From Roseburia sp. AF12-17LB (GTDB taxonomy: Bacteria; Bacillota_I; Bacilli_A; RF39; UBA660), in the NCBI GenBank assembly GCA_963607615.1, contig CAVDCT010000005.1, positions 30,754-94,753 on the forward strand: DNA of 64,000 nucleotides, in the 5' to 3' direction. Position 1 is the first letter of the stretch. Each line of letters starts with the position of its first letter. Shown here piece after piece: positions 10,374-20,704 of this stretch. The notes under the pieces were generated by a model that made no database searches, was not told the DNA's origin, and saw only the letters and a program-made list of their open reading frames with translations. Both the position numbers and the translations under genes were made by a program.

Positions 10374-11099
10374 ATGAAGAAAACAATCATTGGAATTATG
10401 CCTCGTGCTTGTGAGATTGAAAATAAACCACAATTATATATAAACGATATTATTAGAAGACTAATTATAAAAAATGATTGTTATCCTTTGTTTATAATGC
10501 CACCACAAGATATTAGTTATTTTACTACTAGTAGTGATGATATTAAACCAATTACATCAGAAGAAGCAAAGTTTTTGTTTGAACAAATAAATATGTGTGA
10601 TGGTTTATTGATGCCAGGTGGTGGACGTCAGTTTGAATTTGATCGTTTAGGATATGAGTATGCATTATCTAAAAATATTCCTATACTTGGAATATGTATG
10701 GGAATGCAAGTTATGTGTAATGTAGATAATTCAAGTGCAACTTATTATGATGTTCCAATAAAAAACGGATCTCATATAAATCATAGACAAGTAGATATAT
10801 TAAATGCACATAAAGTATCAATAAATAGAGATTCTAAATTATATAATATAGTTAATCAGGAAATTTTAACTATTAATAGTCTTCATAATTATCATATAGA
10901 AAGAGTAACTAATTTGAAAGTAAGTGCGAGAAGTGAAGATGGATATATTGAAGCAGTTGAAATGCCAGAAAAAAACTTTGTCATAGGTGTACAATGGCAT
11001 CCTGAAACATTAGCATTTAATGATCCTATAAATAATAAAATAATTACTAGCTTTATAAAAGCGACTAAAGAGGTGAAGTATGAAGAAAAAGCAAGATGA
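10374..11099 (+). CDS. Class I glutamine amidotransferase-like protein (peptidase C26 / gamma-glutamyl hydrolase family)
   Basis: GATase1 motifs: catalytic Cys context ILGICMGMQVM and the histidine region VQWHPE. Strong AGGAGG RBS. Confidence 0.75.
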   Translation: MKKTIIGIMPRACEIENKPQLYINDIIRRLIIKNDCYPLFIMPPQDISYFTTSSDDIKPITSEEAKFLFEQINMCDGLLMPGGGRQFEFDRLGYEYALSKNIPILGICMGMQVMCNVDNSSATYYDVPIKNGSHINHRQVDILNAHKVSINRDSKLYNIVNQEILTINSLHNYHIERVTNLKVSARSEDGYIEAVEMPEKNFVIGVQWHPETLAFNDPINNKIITSFIKATKEVKYEEKAR

Positions 11100-13629
11100 A
11101 ACAGATACAATACTAGGTAAAATTTATGATTATACTTTAGAAGAAATAATGGGTGATCGATTCGGTCAGTATGCTAAAGATATTATACAAAATCGTGCTA
11201 TTCCTGATGTAAGAGATGGATTAAAACCAGTTCAAAGACGTATTTTATATGCTATGTTTAGAGATAAAAATACTTATGATAAAGCTCATAAAAAATCAGC
11301 AACAGCAGTAGGTAATGTTATGGGACATTATCATCCACATGGTGATTCAAGTATATATGAAGCAATGGTTCATATGAGTCAATGGTGGAAACAAAATGAA
11401 TGCTATATTGATATGCATGGAAATAATGGTTCTATGGATGGTGACGGACCTGCTGCTATGCGTTATACAGAAGCAAGATTATCAAAAATTAGTGGTGAAT
11501 TACTTAAGGATATTGATAAAAATACAATTGAATGGACACCTAATTTTGATGATACTTTATATGAACCAACAGTATTACCTGCTAAATATCCTAACCTTTT
11601 AGTCAATGGTTCTAAAGGTATTAGTGCAGGATATGCAACAGAAATACCGCCACATAATTTAGGAGAAGTTATAGATGCCACAATTAAGCGTATTGATAGT
11701 CCAAATTGTCATCTTGATACTATTTTAGATATTATTAAAGGTCCAGATTTTCCAACTGGAGCTATTGTTGAAGGTAAAAAACAAATAGTTGAAGCATTAA
11801 CTAAAGGACGCGGGCGTATTATAATTCGTGCCAAATATGAAATAGTAGAAAACAAAGGTAAAAAACAGGTAGTTATTCATGAAATCCCTTTTGAAGTTAA
11901 TAAGGCTTTATTAGTCAAAAAGATTTCAGATATAATTTATGATAAGAAAATCGACGGATTGGTAGAAGTTAGAGATGAATCCGATCGTGAAGAATCTGTT
12001 AGGATTGTTCTTGATTTAAAGAAAGATGCTAATGTAGATAATATATTAAACTATTTATTTAAAAATACCGAATTACAAATTAACTATTCATATAATATGG
12101 TAGCTATTGTAAATCGTAGACCTATGGTAGTAGGTGTTATTGAAATATTAGATGCCTATATTAAACATCAAAAAGAAGTAATTATAAGAAGAACTCAATT
12201 TGATTTGGAACATGCTAAAGCGCGTATGCATATTGTTGAAGGACTTATAAAAGCTTTAGATATATTAGATGAAGTTATTCATACTATTCGTACTAGTAAA
12301 AATAAAAGTGATGCTATTAATAATTTAGTAGAACAATATGAATTTACACAAGTTCAAGCTGAAGCTATTGTTAATTTACAATTATATCGTTTGACAAATA
12401 CTGATGTTAAGGTGTTAGAAGATGAACATAGTAATTTATTATTAATAATAAAAGGATTGGAAGAAATATTAGCAGATGAAAATCGCTTGAAGAGCGTTAT
12501 GAAAGAAGAATTACGTAAAATTAAATCAGAGTATGCAACACCTAGAAAAACAGAAATACGTGATGAAATAACTGAAATTAAAATCGATACAACAGCTATG
12601 ATACCAAAAGAAGATTGTGTTGTAGCAGTTACACGTGAAGGATATATAAAGCGTGTATCACTTAGAAGTTATGCTGCTGCAAGTGATACAACAACCTTAA
12701 AAGATGGTGATTATTTAATTGGATTATATCAATTAAATACAATGGATACAGTATTGCTATTTACAGACTTAGGTAACTATTTATATATACCAGTATATGA
12801 ATTACCAGATCTTAAATGGAAAGAGATGGGTAAACATGTAAGTAATATTATTAAGATAAGTTCTGAAGAAAGCATTATTGGTTGTATGGCTGTTAATAAT
12901 TTTGATAGAGATATGTATATTACAATCTTTAGTGCTAATGGTATGGTAAAACGCACAATGCTATCAGAATTTAAAGTTCAAAGATATACTAAACCTATTA
13001 CTTGTATGAAGCTAAAAGATGATGATAGAGTTATAAGTGTTGAAATTAATAATGGTGAAAATATTTTTATTACTACACATAACGGTTATGGATTAAAATA
13101 TAAAACAGAAGAAATACCAATTACTGGATTACGCAGTTCTGGAGTAAAATCAATATCATTAAAAAATGATTATGTAGTAAGTGCTCATGTTTATAATGAA
13201 GATGAAATGTTAGTGGTTATAACATCTAAAGGAACAGCTAAACGTGTTAGATTAAGTGAGTTTGAAACTACTAGTAGAGCTAGAAAAGGTGTATTAGTTG
13301 TTCGAGATGTAAAAACTAATCCATATTATATCTATCGTACTTTTATTGTTAATAATAAGAGTCAAATTGTATATAAAATTAAGGATGATTTAATTGATAT
13401 AAAAGTTACTGAATTTCCTATAACAGATCGTTTAAGTACTGGTACTCAGTTTACTAAACAACCACTTTTAGATTGTTTTATACCTAAAAAAATGGAAGAA
13501 ACTTCTATCGAAGAAACGGTTGTGCCGCAAGAAGAGGAAGAAATAGTAGAAGAAAATATATCATTAAATAGTATTGATGAAAGAATAATGACAATAGATG
13601 ATTTTTTAGACAATTTTGAAATTGATTAA
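11080..13629 (+). CDS. parC: Type IIA topoisomerase subunit A, most likely topoisomerase IV subunit A (ParC)
   Basis: Conserved catalytic region RDGLKPVQRRILYAM...HPHGDSSIYEAMVHMSQ, which resembles ParC/GrlA (YEAMVRLSQ) more than GyrA. No QRRGGKG GyrA box seen in the C-terminal domain. Confidence 0.75.
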   Translation: MKKKQDETDTILGKIYDYTLEEIMGDRFGQYAKDIIQNRAIPDVRDGLKPVQRRILYAMFRDKNTYDKAHKKSATAVGNVMGHYHPHGDSSIYEAMVHMSQWWKQNECYIDMHGNNGSMDGDGPAAMRYTEARLSKISGELLKDIDKNTIEWTPNFDDTLYEPTVLPAKYPNLLVNGSKGISAGYATEIPPHNLGEVIDATIKRIDSPNCHLDTILDIIKGPDFPTGAIVEGKKQIVEALTKGRGRIIIRAKYEIVENKGKKQVVIHEIPFEVNKALLVKKISDIIYDKKIDGLVEVRDESDREESVRIVLDLKKDANVDNILNYLFKNTELQINYSYNMVAIVNRRPMVVGVIEILDAYIKHQKEVIIRRTQFDLEHAKARMHIVEGLIKALDILDEVIHTIRTSKNKSDAINNLVEQYEFTQVQAEAIVNLQLYRLTNTDVKVLEDEHSNLLLIIKGLEEILADENRLKSVMKEELRKIKSEYATPRKTEIRDEITEIKIDTTAMIPKEDCVVAVTREGYIKRVSLRSYAAASDTTTLKDGDYLIGLYQLNTMDTVLLFTDLGNYLYIPVYELPDLKWKEMGKHVSNIIKISSEESIIGCMAVNNFDRDMYITIFSANGMVKRTMLSEFKVQRYTKPITCMKLKDDDRVISVEINNGENIFITTHNGYGLKYKTEEIPITGLRSSGVKSISLKNDYVVSAHVYNEDEMLVVITSKGTAKRVRLSEFETTSRARKGVLVVRDVKTNPYYIYRTFIVNNKSQIVYKIKDDLIDIKVTEFPITDRLSTGTQFTKQPLLDCFIPKKMEETSIEETVVPQEEEEIVEENISLNSIDERIMTIDDFLDNFEID

Positions 13630-13639
13630 TAACCATAAT

Positions 13640-13672
13640 CCATCACAGAAAATGTGATGGGTTATTTATTTT
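13640..13672 (+). terminator. Rho-independent terminator after parC
   Basis: CCATCACA-gaaaa-TGTGATGG hairpin followed by GTTATTTATTTT. Confidence 0.6.
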
Positions 13673-13783
13673 ACTATCATGTATCAATTGTTTGATATAA
13701 ATTAACTGATTATTATATTGATTTTATAATATTATTAAAATTAATTATTAATTATGTGTTATACTAACTCTAGGTGTTTAATT

Positions 13784-16018
13784 ATGTTTTCTAAATTTGA
13801 TTTATATACACAAGCAAATGATAATGCATTAAATCGAAAAAATTTTTTAAATAATCTTGATGAAGAAAGTTTATATGAGTTATTTCAAATGATTCCTATT
13901 GAAAATATAGTGTTGCTAGATAATCAACATTTATATAAATTAATTAAGTATAATGATATAAAATTAAAAACATTAAATTTAGCTTCAAAATATTTTGAAG
14001 GTGAAACTGCTTTTAATTATTTATTAGCAAATATGTCTGAAGAAACTTTTTTAGAGTATTTAGATCAAGATTTATTAGAGCAAATTATTAACTCTAATAA
14101 AAAAATTTCAATTGTAAGAGCCATATTATTTTCAAATAATTCAAATATTACACGTGCTTTAAACCAGTCTGTTTTTATGAAGTTTTTTGTTGATAATTTT
14201 TTATCTTTTAATTGTTTAATGGGAATATTACCTGATGAAGTAATTATTTCTATGTTTGAATATATTAAAGATAAAAATCCAGATAAATTAGATTTAATTG
14301 TTAATTTAGATAGAAAAAATCAATTAACAGTTATTAAATATTTAGGAATATATGAATTTTACTCAATCGTTACAGACAGAAATTTATTTTTATATTTAGA
14401 TAGTCAAATAATTACATTATTAATAGAAAAGAATCCATTTTATACTTATTTTTTAGAATTGCCTACTAATGTAATAATCTCACTTATAAAACAAGGGCTA
14501 ATATTACCCGCTAACTTTTCACGTAATGAAAAATTTATAAAAAAAATTATGTCTATTTCTAATCCTAATATATATCGTTTTATAATTGATAGAATAATGG
14601 ATACTTCATATAGAAATTATCAACGACATAATTGGAAAAGATTTAATAATTGTTTGGAATATTTCAAAGAGAATAATCGAACTTTTGAATTAAATGATTT
14701 AGGAAGAGTTAAAATTTCTATTGAGATATTACCACCTCGTTTTTTTGTTGATTTATTTACTGATGAATATTTAGAAAAAGAAAGAGAACTTTATTATGAT
14801 AGTCAGGTTAATCTTATCAATACATTTCAAGGGCTGTTACCAGAATTTTATGATTTTTATAAACATCCTAAAGAAGAAAAATTGAACCTTTTAGATAAAG
14901 CTTGTGTAAATGAAAAATTATTAAGAGAATGGTTATGGAAAAAAAATAGAACCAAAGAAGAATTATATGAAATTCTTTACAACTTAACGACTAAGAAATT
15001 CCTAGAAATATTAGTCGATCGATTTTATAAAGATATTACTTATAACTTTCTAGAGAATTTAAATAGTATGCTTTCATTTTTTAAGACCACTTCTGTATCA
15101 CAATTAAATTTAACTGAAGAAGAACAATTACTTTTAGAAGAACGATTGACTAAATATGAAAAAATAAATAATTTTTATGATTTATCACGTGCTGAACAAA
15201 TAATGCTATATGATAGTTTTGATAAAACTAAAAATTATACTACTGAATTTTATGATGATTTTAATTTAGCTAAAAATTTTACGTATAAAAGGTATAATGA
15301 GGTAGTATTTGATTTATCACGTAATGAAAATTTATTGAATGATGAATTATCATCAGAGTTAGGAGTACCTATATATGAATTGAAGGGTGAAGATTATTAT
15401 ATTTATTCACACGTTACTTCTATAAAAAGATCTGATGTTATTAATATTGAACCTTGGGAATCCACAATGGCTCAATATTTAGATAATCCTTTTATCGACG
15501 AATATAAAAAATCGGGTTTATCAATATCTTTGAGTAGTTCGAAGAAAAAAGAGAGCTTTAGACCTATTTCTGAATATGTTTCATTTGGATTTTGTAAATT
15601 ACTTCCACAACGTATTGCGCATGTGTATCATACCGACTCGTATTCTGCATATTATAATCGTGGAATAGGAATGAATAAAATTAATGAAATATATTTACCA
15701 GAAGTATTGATCCAAAAAACTTGTGGGTATAATGAAATATTATATCAAGAAATTTCTGAAATTCTTTTAGATAGAGATATTAGAGAAAAATATGAAGAGT
15801 TAGTACCTGATTATTTATTGTGCTACGACAAGATAGAACCTCATGATTTAATTCTAGCCAAAAGAATGAATATACCCATTTTGGTTATTTATACTCAGTA
15901 TTATTCTATTGAAGAAAAAACATATACTACTCGGGATCATAATAATGAATATTTAACTACAATGAGTGATATTTTAGATGTAAAAACTTATTGTAAAAAG
16001 AATAATTTACAGTATTAA
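13784..16018 (+). CDS. Large orphan cytoplasmic protein of unknown function (745 aa)
   Basis: Long uninterrupted ORF with an extended -10 element (TGTTATACT) and an AGGTG RBS before the ATG at 13784. No TM segments, signal peptide or recognisable catalytic motifs. Composition is rich in L/N/Y/F/E/K. Confidence 0.6.
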   Translation: MFSKFDLYTQANDNALNRKNFLNNLDEESLYELFQMIPIENIVLLDNQHLYKLIKYNDIKLKTLNLASKYFEGETAFNYLLANMSEETFLEYLDQDLLEQIINSNKKISIVRAILFSNNSNITRALNQSVFMKFFVDNFLSFNCLMGILPDEVIISMFEYIKDKNPDKLDLIVNLDRKNQLTVIKYLGIYEFYSIVTDRNLFLYLDSQIITLLIEKNPFYTYFLELPTNVIISLIKQGLILPANFSRNEKFIKKIMSISNPNIYRFIIDRIMDTSYRNYQRHNWKRFNNCLEYFKENNRTFELNDLGRVKISIEILPPRFFVDLFTDEYLEKERELYYDSQVNLINTFQGLLPEFYDFYKHPKEEKLNLLDKACVNEKLLREWLWKKNRTKEELYEILYNLTTKKFLEILVDRFYKDITYNFLENLNSMLSFFKTTSVSQLNLTEEEQLLLEERLTKYEKINNFYDLSRAEQIMLYDSFDKTKNYTTEFYDDFNLAKNFTYKRYNEVVFDLSRNENLLNDELSSELGVPIYELKGEDYYIYSHVTSIKRSDVINIEPWESTMAQYLDNPFIDEYKKSGLSISLSSSKKKESFRPISEYVSFGFCKLLPQRIAHVYHTDSYSAYYNRGIGMNKINEIYLPEVLIQKTCGYNEILYQEISEILLDRDIREKYEELVPDYLLCYDKIEPHDLILAKRMNIPILVIYTQYYSIEEKTYTTRDHNNEYLTTMSDILDVKTYCKKNNLQY

Positions 16019-16050
16019 TAACAAGTGATATAATGAAAAAAGGTGATACT

Positions 16051-17265
16051 ATGAAAATAGGTGTAGTTGGTGGAGGTGCTTCAGGATTAGTTGCCGCCAT
16101 TGAAGCAAAAAATAGTAATAATGATGTTACTATTTATGAAAAAAATTTAACATGTGGTAAAAAAATATTAGTAACTGGTAATGGAAAATGTAATTATTTT
16201 AATGATAATTTTAGTATTGAACATTATCATAGTGAAAATATAAATATTTTAAAAACAATTATTACTGATGAAAATAAACATAAAGTATTATCTTTTTTTG
16301 ATAGTATTGGTATTGTTCCTAAAATTTTAAATGGATATTATTATCCTGTATCTGGACAAGCAGTAACTATTGAACAAGCTTTACTAACAGAAGCTAAATG
16401 TAGAGGGATAAATATTATAACTGATGTTGAAATAAAATCTATAGAATATACTGATAAGTTTATTTTAAAAACTGATAATGGTAAATACTATGCTGATAAA
16501 ATTGTTTTAGCAACAGGTTCTAAATCGGCTCCTAAGACAGGTTCAGATGGTTTAGGTTATGAATTAGCTAAATTATTTAATCATCGTATTATTAAACCTT
16601 TACCAGCTTTAGTTCAATTATTTGGTAAGTATAATTTTCTAAAAGATTGGGCAGGAGTTAGAACTGAGGTTAAGGTATCTCATATGGAAGATAATACTTT
16701 AGTTAAGGAAGTAATGGGTGAGATACAATTAACTAATTATGGTGTTAGTGGTATTTGTATTTTTCAGTTAAGTAGTCAAATTATTAGAAGGCTTTATAAC
16801 GGTAAAAAAGCAACACTTGTTATTAATTTTGTACCTTGGATTAAGAAAGATTGTTTAACATACTTAGAAGAAAGAAATAATTTATTATATGACCGAAGTA
16901 TATCACAAATTTTAGATGGAATTTTAAACTATAAATTAGTTAATTTAATATTAAAGAAAAACAAAATTGATGGCAATATACCTTTTAATAAATTAAGTTA
17001 CAATCAAAAATGCAGTATAGCTAGTGATTTAGAAAACTTTAAATTTGAAGTTACAGGATATAATAATTTTGATGCATCACAAGTATGCTCTGGGGGAATA
17101 CCTTTAGATGAAATTAATATTAATACTATGGAATCCAAATTTCAAAAGGGATTGTATATTATTGGAGAGTTATTAGATGTAGATGGTGAATGTGGTGGTT
17201 ACAATCTTGGATTTGCTTGGCTATCTGGTATATTAGCTGGTAGAGATATTAAGGAGAGTTTATGA
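16051..17265 (+). CDS. HI0933/BaiN-like NAD(P)/FAD-dependent flavoprotein
   Basis: N-terminal dinucleotide-binding motif IGVVGGGASGLVAAIEA, with length and C-terminal region typical of the TIGR00275 family. AAAGGTGA RBS before the ATG at 16051. Confidence 0.8.
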   Translation: MKIGVVGGGASGLVAAIEAKNSNNDVTIYEKNLTCGKKILVTGNGKCNYFNDNFSIEHYHSENINILKTIITDENKHKVLSFFDSIGIVPKILNGYYYPVSGQAVTIEQALLTEAKCRGINIITDVEIKSIEYTDKFILKTDNGKYYADKIVLATGSKSAPKTGSDGLGYELAKLFNHRIIKPLPALVQLFGKYNFLKDWAGVRTEVKVSHMEDNTLVKEVMGEIQLTNYGVSGICIFQLSSQIIRRLYNGKKATLVINFVPWIKKDCLTYLEERNNLLYDRSISQILDGILNYKLVNLILKKNKIDGNIPFNKLSYNQKCSIASDLENFKFEVTGYNNFDASQVCSGGIPLDEININTMESKFQKGLYIIGELLDVDGECGGYNLGFAWLSGILAGRDIKESL

Positions 17266-18851
17266 TAAGATTAAGACAGATAAAGATAAATGTTGATGAT
17301 GATTCTGTTGGTAATATCAAAAGAAAATGTGCTAAAAAGTTACGTGTAAAGGAAGATAAAATAAAAGAACTTGTTATTCAAGAACAATCAATAGATGCTA
17401 GAAGAAAACCAGATTTATATTTTGTTTATACAGTAGATGTTTTAATAGATGATGAAATAGAAATTTTGAGTGGATTACATGATAAAGATATTTTTAAAGC
17501 ACCATTAGAAAAATATGTATTTGATGTATCAGGAACGGATACTTTAAACACTCGTCCTATTATTGTTGGTACGGGTCCGGCGGGTTTATTTTGCGGTTAT
17601 TTATTAGCAGAACATGGATATAAACCGATTTTGATTGAACGTGGTGAAAAAGTAGAAGAACGTGTTAAAACTGTAGAAGAATTTTGGAATACTGGACATT
17701 TAACTGCCAACTCTAATGTTCAATTTGGTGAGGGTGGAGCAGGGACATTTTCTGATGGTAAATTAGTTTCTCAAATAAAAGATACTTGTTATAGAAGAAA
17801 AAAAGTATTTGATATATTTATTGAAGCTGGAGCTGATGAGGAAATCTCTTATGTAAATAAGCCACATATTGGTACTGATAAATTACGTTCTATTATTAAA
17901 AATATTCGTTTAAAAATAATGGAGATGGGTGGAGAGTTTCATTATAATACTTGTTTAACAGATATTAGTATTAGTGATAATAAGATAAATAAAATTGAAT
18001 TAAATAATACAACTTGGATAGATACTGATATATTAGTTTTAGCAATTGGTCATAGTGCTAGAGATACTTTTGAACTTTTAAATAAACGTAATATAAAAAT
18101 GGAACCAAAACCATTTGCTGTAGGAATCCGTATTCAACATCCACAAAAATTAATTAATAAAAATCAATATGGTGTAAGTAATCATCCACGTTTGGGTGCC
18201 GCAAGTTATAAGTTAACTTATAAAGCAAAAAATGGTCGAGGAGTATATAGTTTTTGTATGTGTCCAGGTGGTTTTGTTGTTAATGCTTCTTCAGAAGAAA
18301 ATCGATTAGCTATTAATGGTATGAGTAATAATGATCGTGGTAGTGAAAACGCTAATAGTGCTTTAATAGTTACAATTACTCCTGCTGATTATGGTAATTT
18401 ACCACTTGATGGAGTTGCTTTTCAAAGACAGTTAGAAGAAAAAACATATAGATTAGGTAATGGCATGATTCCTATTCAGTTATATAAAGATTATAAAAAT
18501 GATAAAGTATCTACTGGATTAGGAAGTACTAAGCCTATATTTAAAGGAAGTTATACTTTAACTAATATAAATGATATTTTTCCAGAATATATTAATGAAG
18601 CTTTAAAAGAAGCTATTGAATATTTTGATCATAAAATAAAGGGTTATGCGTTAGATAGTGCTATTTTAGCAGCTGTTGAAAGTAGAACATCATCACCTGT
18701 AAAAATAATTAGAAATGAATTAGGCGAGAGTAATATTTTAGGTATATATCCTTGCGGTGAAGGTGCTGGATATGCTGGTGGTATTACTAGTGCTGCTATT
18801 GATGGAATTAAAACAGCAGAAAATATTGCAAAAAAATATAAGATTAATTAG
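17262..18851 (+). CDS. FAD-dependent oxidoreductase (COG2509-like)
   Basis: IIVGTGPAGLFCGYLLAEHG FAD-binding motif. ATGA overlap with the upstream flavoprotein gene suggests an operon. Confidence 0.75.
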   Translation: MIRLRQIKINVDDDSVGNIKRKCAKKLRVKEDKIKELVIQEQSIDARRKPDLYFVYTVDVLIDDEIEILSGLHDKDIFKAPLEKYVFDVSGTDTLNTRPIIVGTGPAGLFCGYLLAEHGYKPILIERGEKVEERVKTVEEFWNTGHLTANSNVQFGEGGAGTFSDGKLVSQIKDTCYRRKKVFDIFIEAGADEEISYVNKPHIGTDKLRSIIKNIRLKIMEMGGEFHYNTCLTDISISDNKINKIELNNTTWIDTDILVLAIGHSARDTFELLNKRNIKMEPKPFAVGIRIQHPQKLINKNQYGVSNHPRLGAASYKLTYKAKNGRGVYSFCMCPGGFVVNASSEENRLAINGMSNNDRGSENANSALIVTITPADYGNLPLDGVAFQRQLEEKTYRLGNGMIPIQLYKDYKNDKVSTGLGSTKPIFKGSYTLTNINDIFPEYINEALKEAIEYFDHKIKGYALDSAILAAVESRTSSPVKIIRNELGESNILGIYPCGEGAGYAGGITSAAIDGIKTAENIAKKYKIN

Positions 18852-18862
18852 ACTGGAGTGTT

Positions 18863-20071
18863 ATGATTAATAAAAAAGTTTCTAAAAAATTGATTATTGG
18901 TATAACAATCATGACTATTTTAGGTGTTTTTTGTGGTACTAAATTATACCAATATATAAAAATTAAAACTGCTAAAATAGAAGTTGTTTTAAATGAAGAT
19001 TTAACATTAGAATTTAATGATAAGAAGAAAGTATCAGATTATATTCAAAGTATTAATGGTAAAATTGTTGCTGACTATGTTATAGATTCTTCAAAAGTTG
19101 GTTTTCAAAATATAAAATTCTATTTTATTAATGATGATGGGATAAAGGTTAGTTATACTTATAAAATTAACGTTGTTGATACTATAGAACCTGTTATATG
19201 GCTAGGTAATAGTTATAAATTAAAGAAAGGTACTAGATTGTCTATTGATAGTATTTTGTGTGGTGATAATTATGATTCTAATCCACATTGTTATATAGAA
19301 GGCTTATATGATTCTAGTAAAGTAGGAAATTATTCTTTAGTTTTTAAAGCTGTTGATAGTAGTGGCAATGTAGCTACTCAACCATTTACTTTAAATGTTT
19401 ATGAGCCTAGTAATAGTAAAAAAAATAATTCAACTTCTAAACCTCGTACTAAATTTTCTGATGTAATAGTTAACTATAAAAAAAATAATACTAAAATTGG
19501 TATTGATGTTTCTAAATGGCAAGGAGATATTGACTTTAGTAAATTGAAAAAAGCTGGTGTAGAATTTATTATTATTAGAGTAGGGGGTACTAGAGGTACT
19601 AATGGAGAATATTTTTTAGATCCTAAATTTAAACAAAATATCGAGGGGGCTAAAGCGAATAATATACCTGTTGGCTTATATTTTTATTCGTATGCTAATT
19701 CTAAGGAGCATGCAATTCGTGATGCCCAGTGGGTTTTAGATGTTATTAAAGGATATGATATAGAACTTCCAATAGCATTCGATTGGGAAGAATGGTCAAG
19801 TTTTAATGAATACAGTTTAAGTTTCTTTGAATTAACTAGTATTGGAGAAGCCTTTTTAGGTAAACTAGAAGAACATGGTTATCAAGGTATGTTATATAGT
19901 AGCAAATCTTATCTAGAATATATATGGTTTCCAACTAAATATGATATATGGCTTGCACATTATACAGATAAAACTAATTATAAGGGTCCATATAAAATAT
20001 GGCAAATGTGTGATAATGGGTTAGTTGATGGCATAAATGGTAATGTTGATATAGATATTATGTATGATTAA
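18863..20071 (+). CDS. Membrane-anchored GH25 muramidase (lysozyme) with Ig-like middle region
   Basis: N-terminal TM anchor, then a GH25 catalytic region (IGIDVSKWQGDIDFSKLKKAGVEFIIIRVG ... DIDIMYD). Confidence 0.8.
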   Translation: MINKKVSKKLIIGITIMTILGVFCGTKLYQYIKIKTAKIEVVLNEDLTLEFNDKKKVSDYIQSINGKIVADYVIDSSKVGFQNIKFYFINDDGIKVSYTYKINVVDTIEPVIWLGNSYKLKKGTRLSIDSILCGDNYDSNPHCYIEGLYDSSKVGNYSLVFKAVDSSGNVATQPFTLNVYEPSNSKKNNSTSKPRTKFSDVIVNYKKNNTKIGIDVSKWQGDIDFSKLKKAGVEFIIIRVGGTRGTNGEYFLDPKFKQNIEGAKANNIPVGLYFYSYANSKEHAIRDAQWVLDVIKGYDIELPIAFDWEEWSSFNEYSLSFFELTSIGEAFLGKLEEHGYQGMLYSSKSYLEYIWFPTKYDIWLAHYTDKTNYKGPYKIWQMCDNGLVDGINGNVDIDIMYD

Positions 20072-20122
20072 AAAGATAGTCAAAATACTATTTTTTTTTC
20101 ATATAATTATATTGGTGATAAT

Positions 20123-20467
20123 ATGGCTAAAGAAGAATTTAAAAAATTTGTACGTGATAATCCCAGATTAATTAGATATATAAAAAATAAAGAGATGACA
20201 TGGCAATCATTTTATGAAATATATGATATGTATGGAGAAAGCGAAGAAGCGTGGAAACCTTATTTGACAGAAGAAAAAGAAAAGGCAAAAACTGGTAATA
20301 TAGATTTTATGAATTATTTAAAGAATATTGATTTAGACGCTGTACAAGAATCTATTAACAGTATACAAAGAGTATTGGGCGTAGTAGGTGATTTAACAAC
20401 TAAAAATACTACATCTACAACTAATGAATATGAACCTAAACCACTTTATAAACATTTGGATGACTAA
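20123..20467 (+). CDS. YlbD-like small protein
   Basis: Resembles Bacillus YlbD (FKKFVRDNPRLIRYIKNKEMTWQSFYEIY). Confidence 0.5.
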   Translation: MAKEEFKKFVRDNPRLIRYIKNKEMTWQSFYEIYDMYGESEEAWKPYLTEEKEKAKTGNIDFMNYLKNIDLDAVQESINSIQRVLGVVGDLTTKNTTSTTNEYEPKPLYKHLDD

Positions 20468-20688
20468 TGCCTTTAGAAATACAATTTAGATTGAGAGAGA
20501 ATCCTTTATATATTAAATATCTTCGTGAGAATAATATCTGGTATAAAAGATTGATTCGAAATCCTAATTCTTTTAATATATTTGTTGAAGAAATGAAAGC
20601 AAAGTATAAATTACGTACAAGTGATAAAATAAATAAAGTGGTAGATACAATCGATGTTGTTAGCAATTTATTTAGTAGTATGATATAA
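20467..20688 (+). CDS. YlbE-like small protein
   Basis: ATGA overlap with the upstream gene. Small basic protein in the position of ylbE, upstream of rsmD. Confidence 0.45.
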   Translation: MPLEIQFRLRENPLYIKYLRENNIWYKRLIRNPNSFNIFVEEMKAKYKLRTSDKINKVVDTIDVVSNLFSSMI

Positions 20689-20704
20689 TCATTTTGGTGA
20701 TAAT

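Noticed and set aside
8455-13629. Calling the topoisomerase pair gyrB/gyrA
   Set aside because: The A subunit has the ParC-like YEAMVHMSQ region and no GyrA-box (QRRGGKG) in its C-terminal domain, and the pair is not next to dnaA/dnaN/recF. They are therefore assigned as parE/parC, though without a database search gyrBA cannot be fully excluded.
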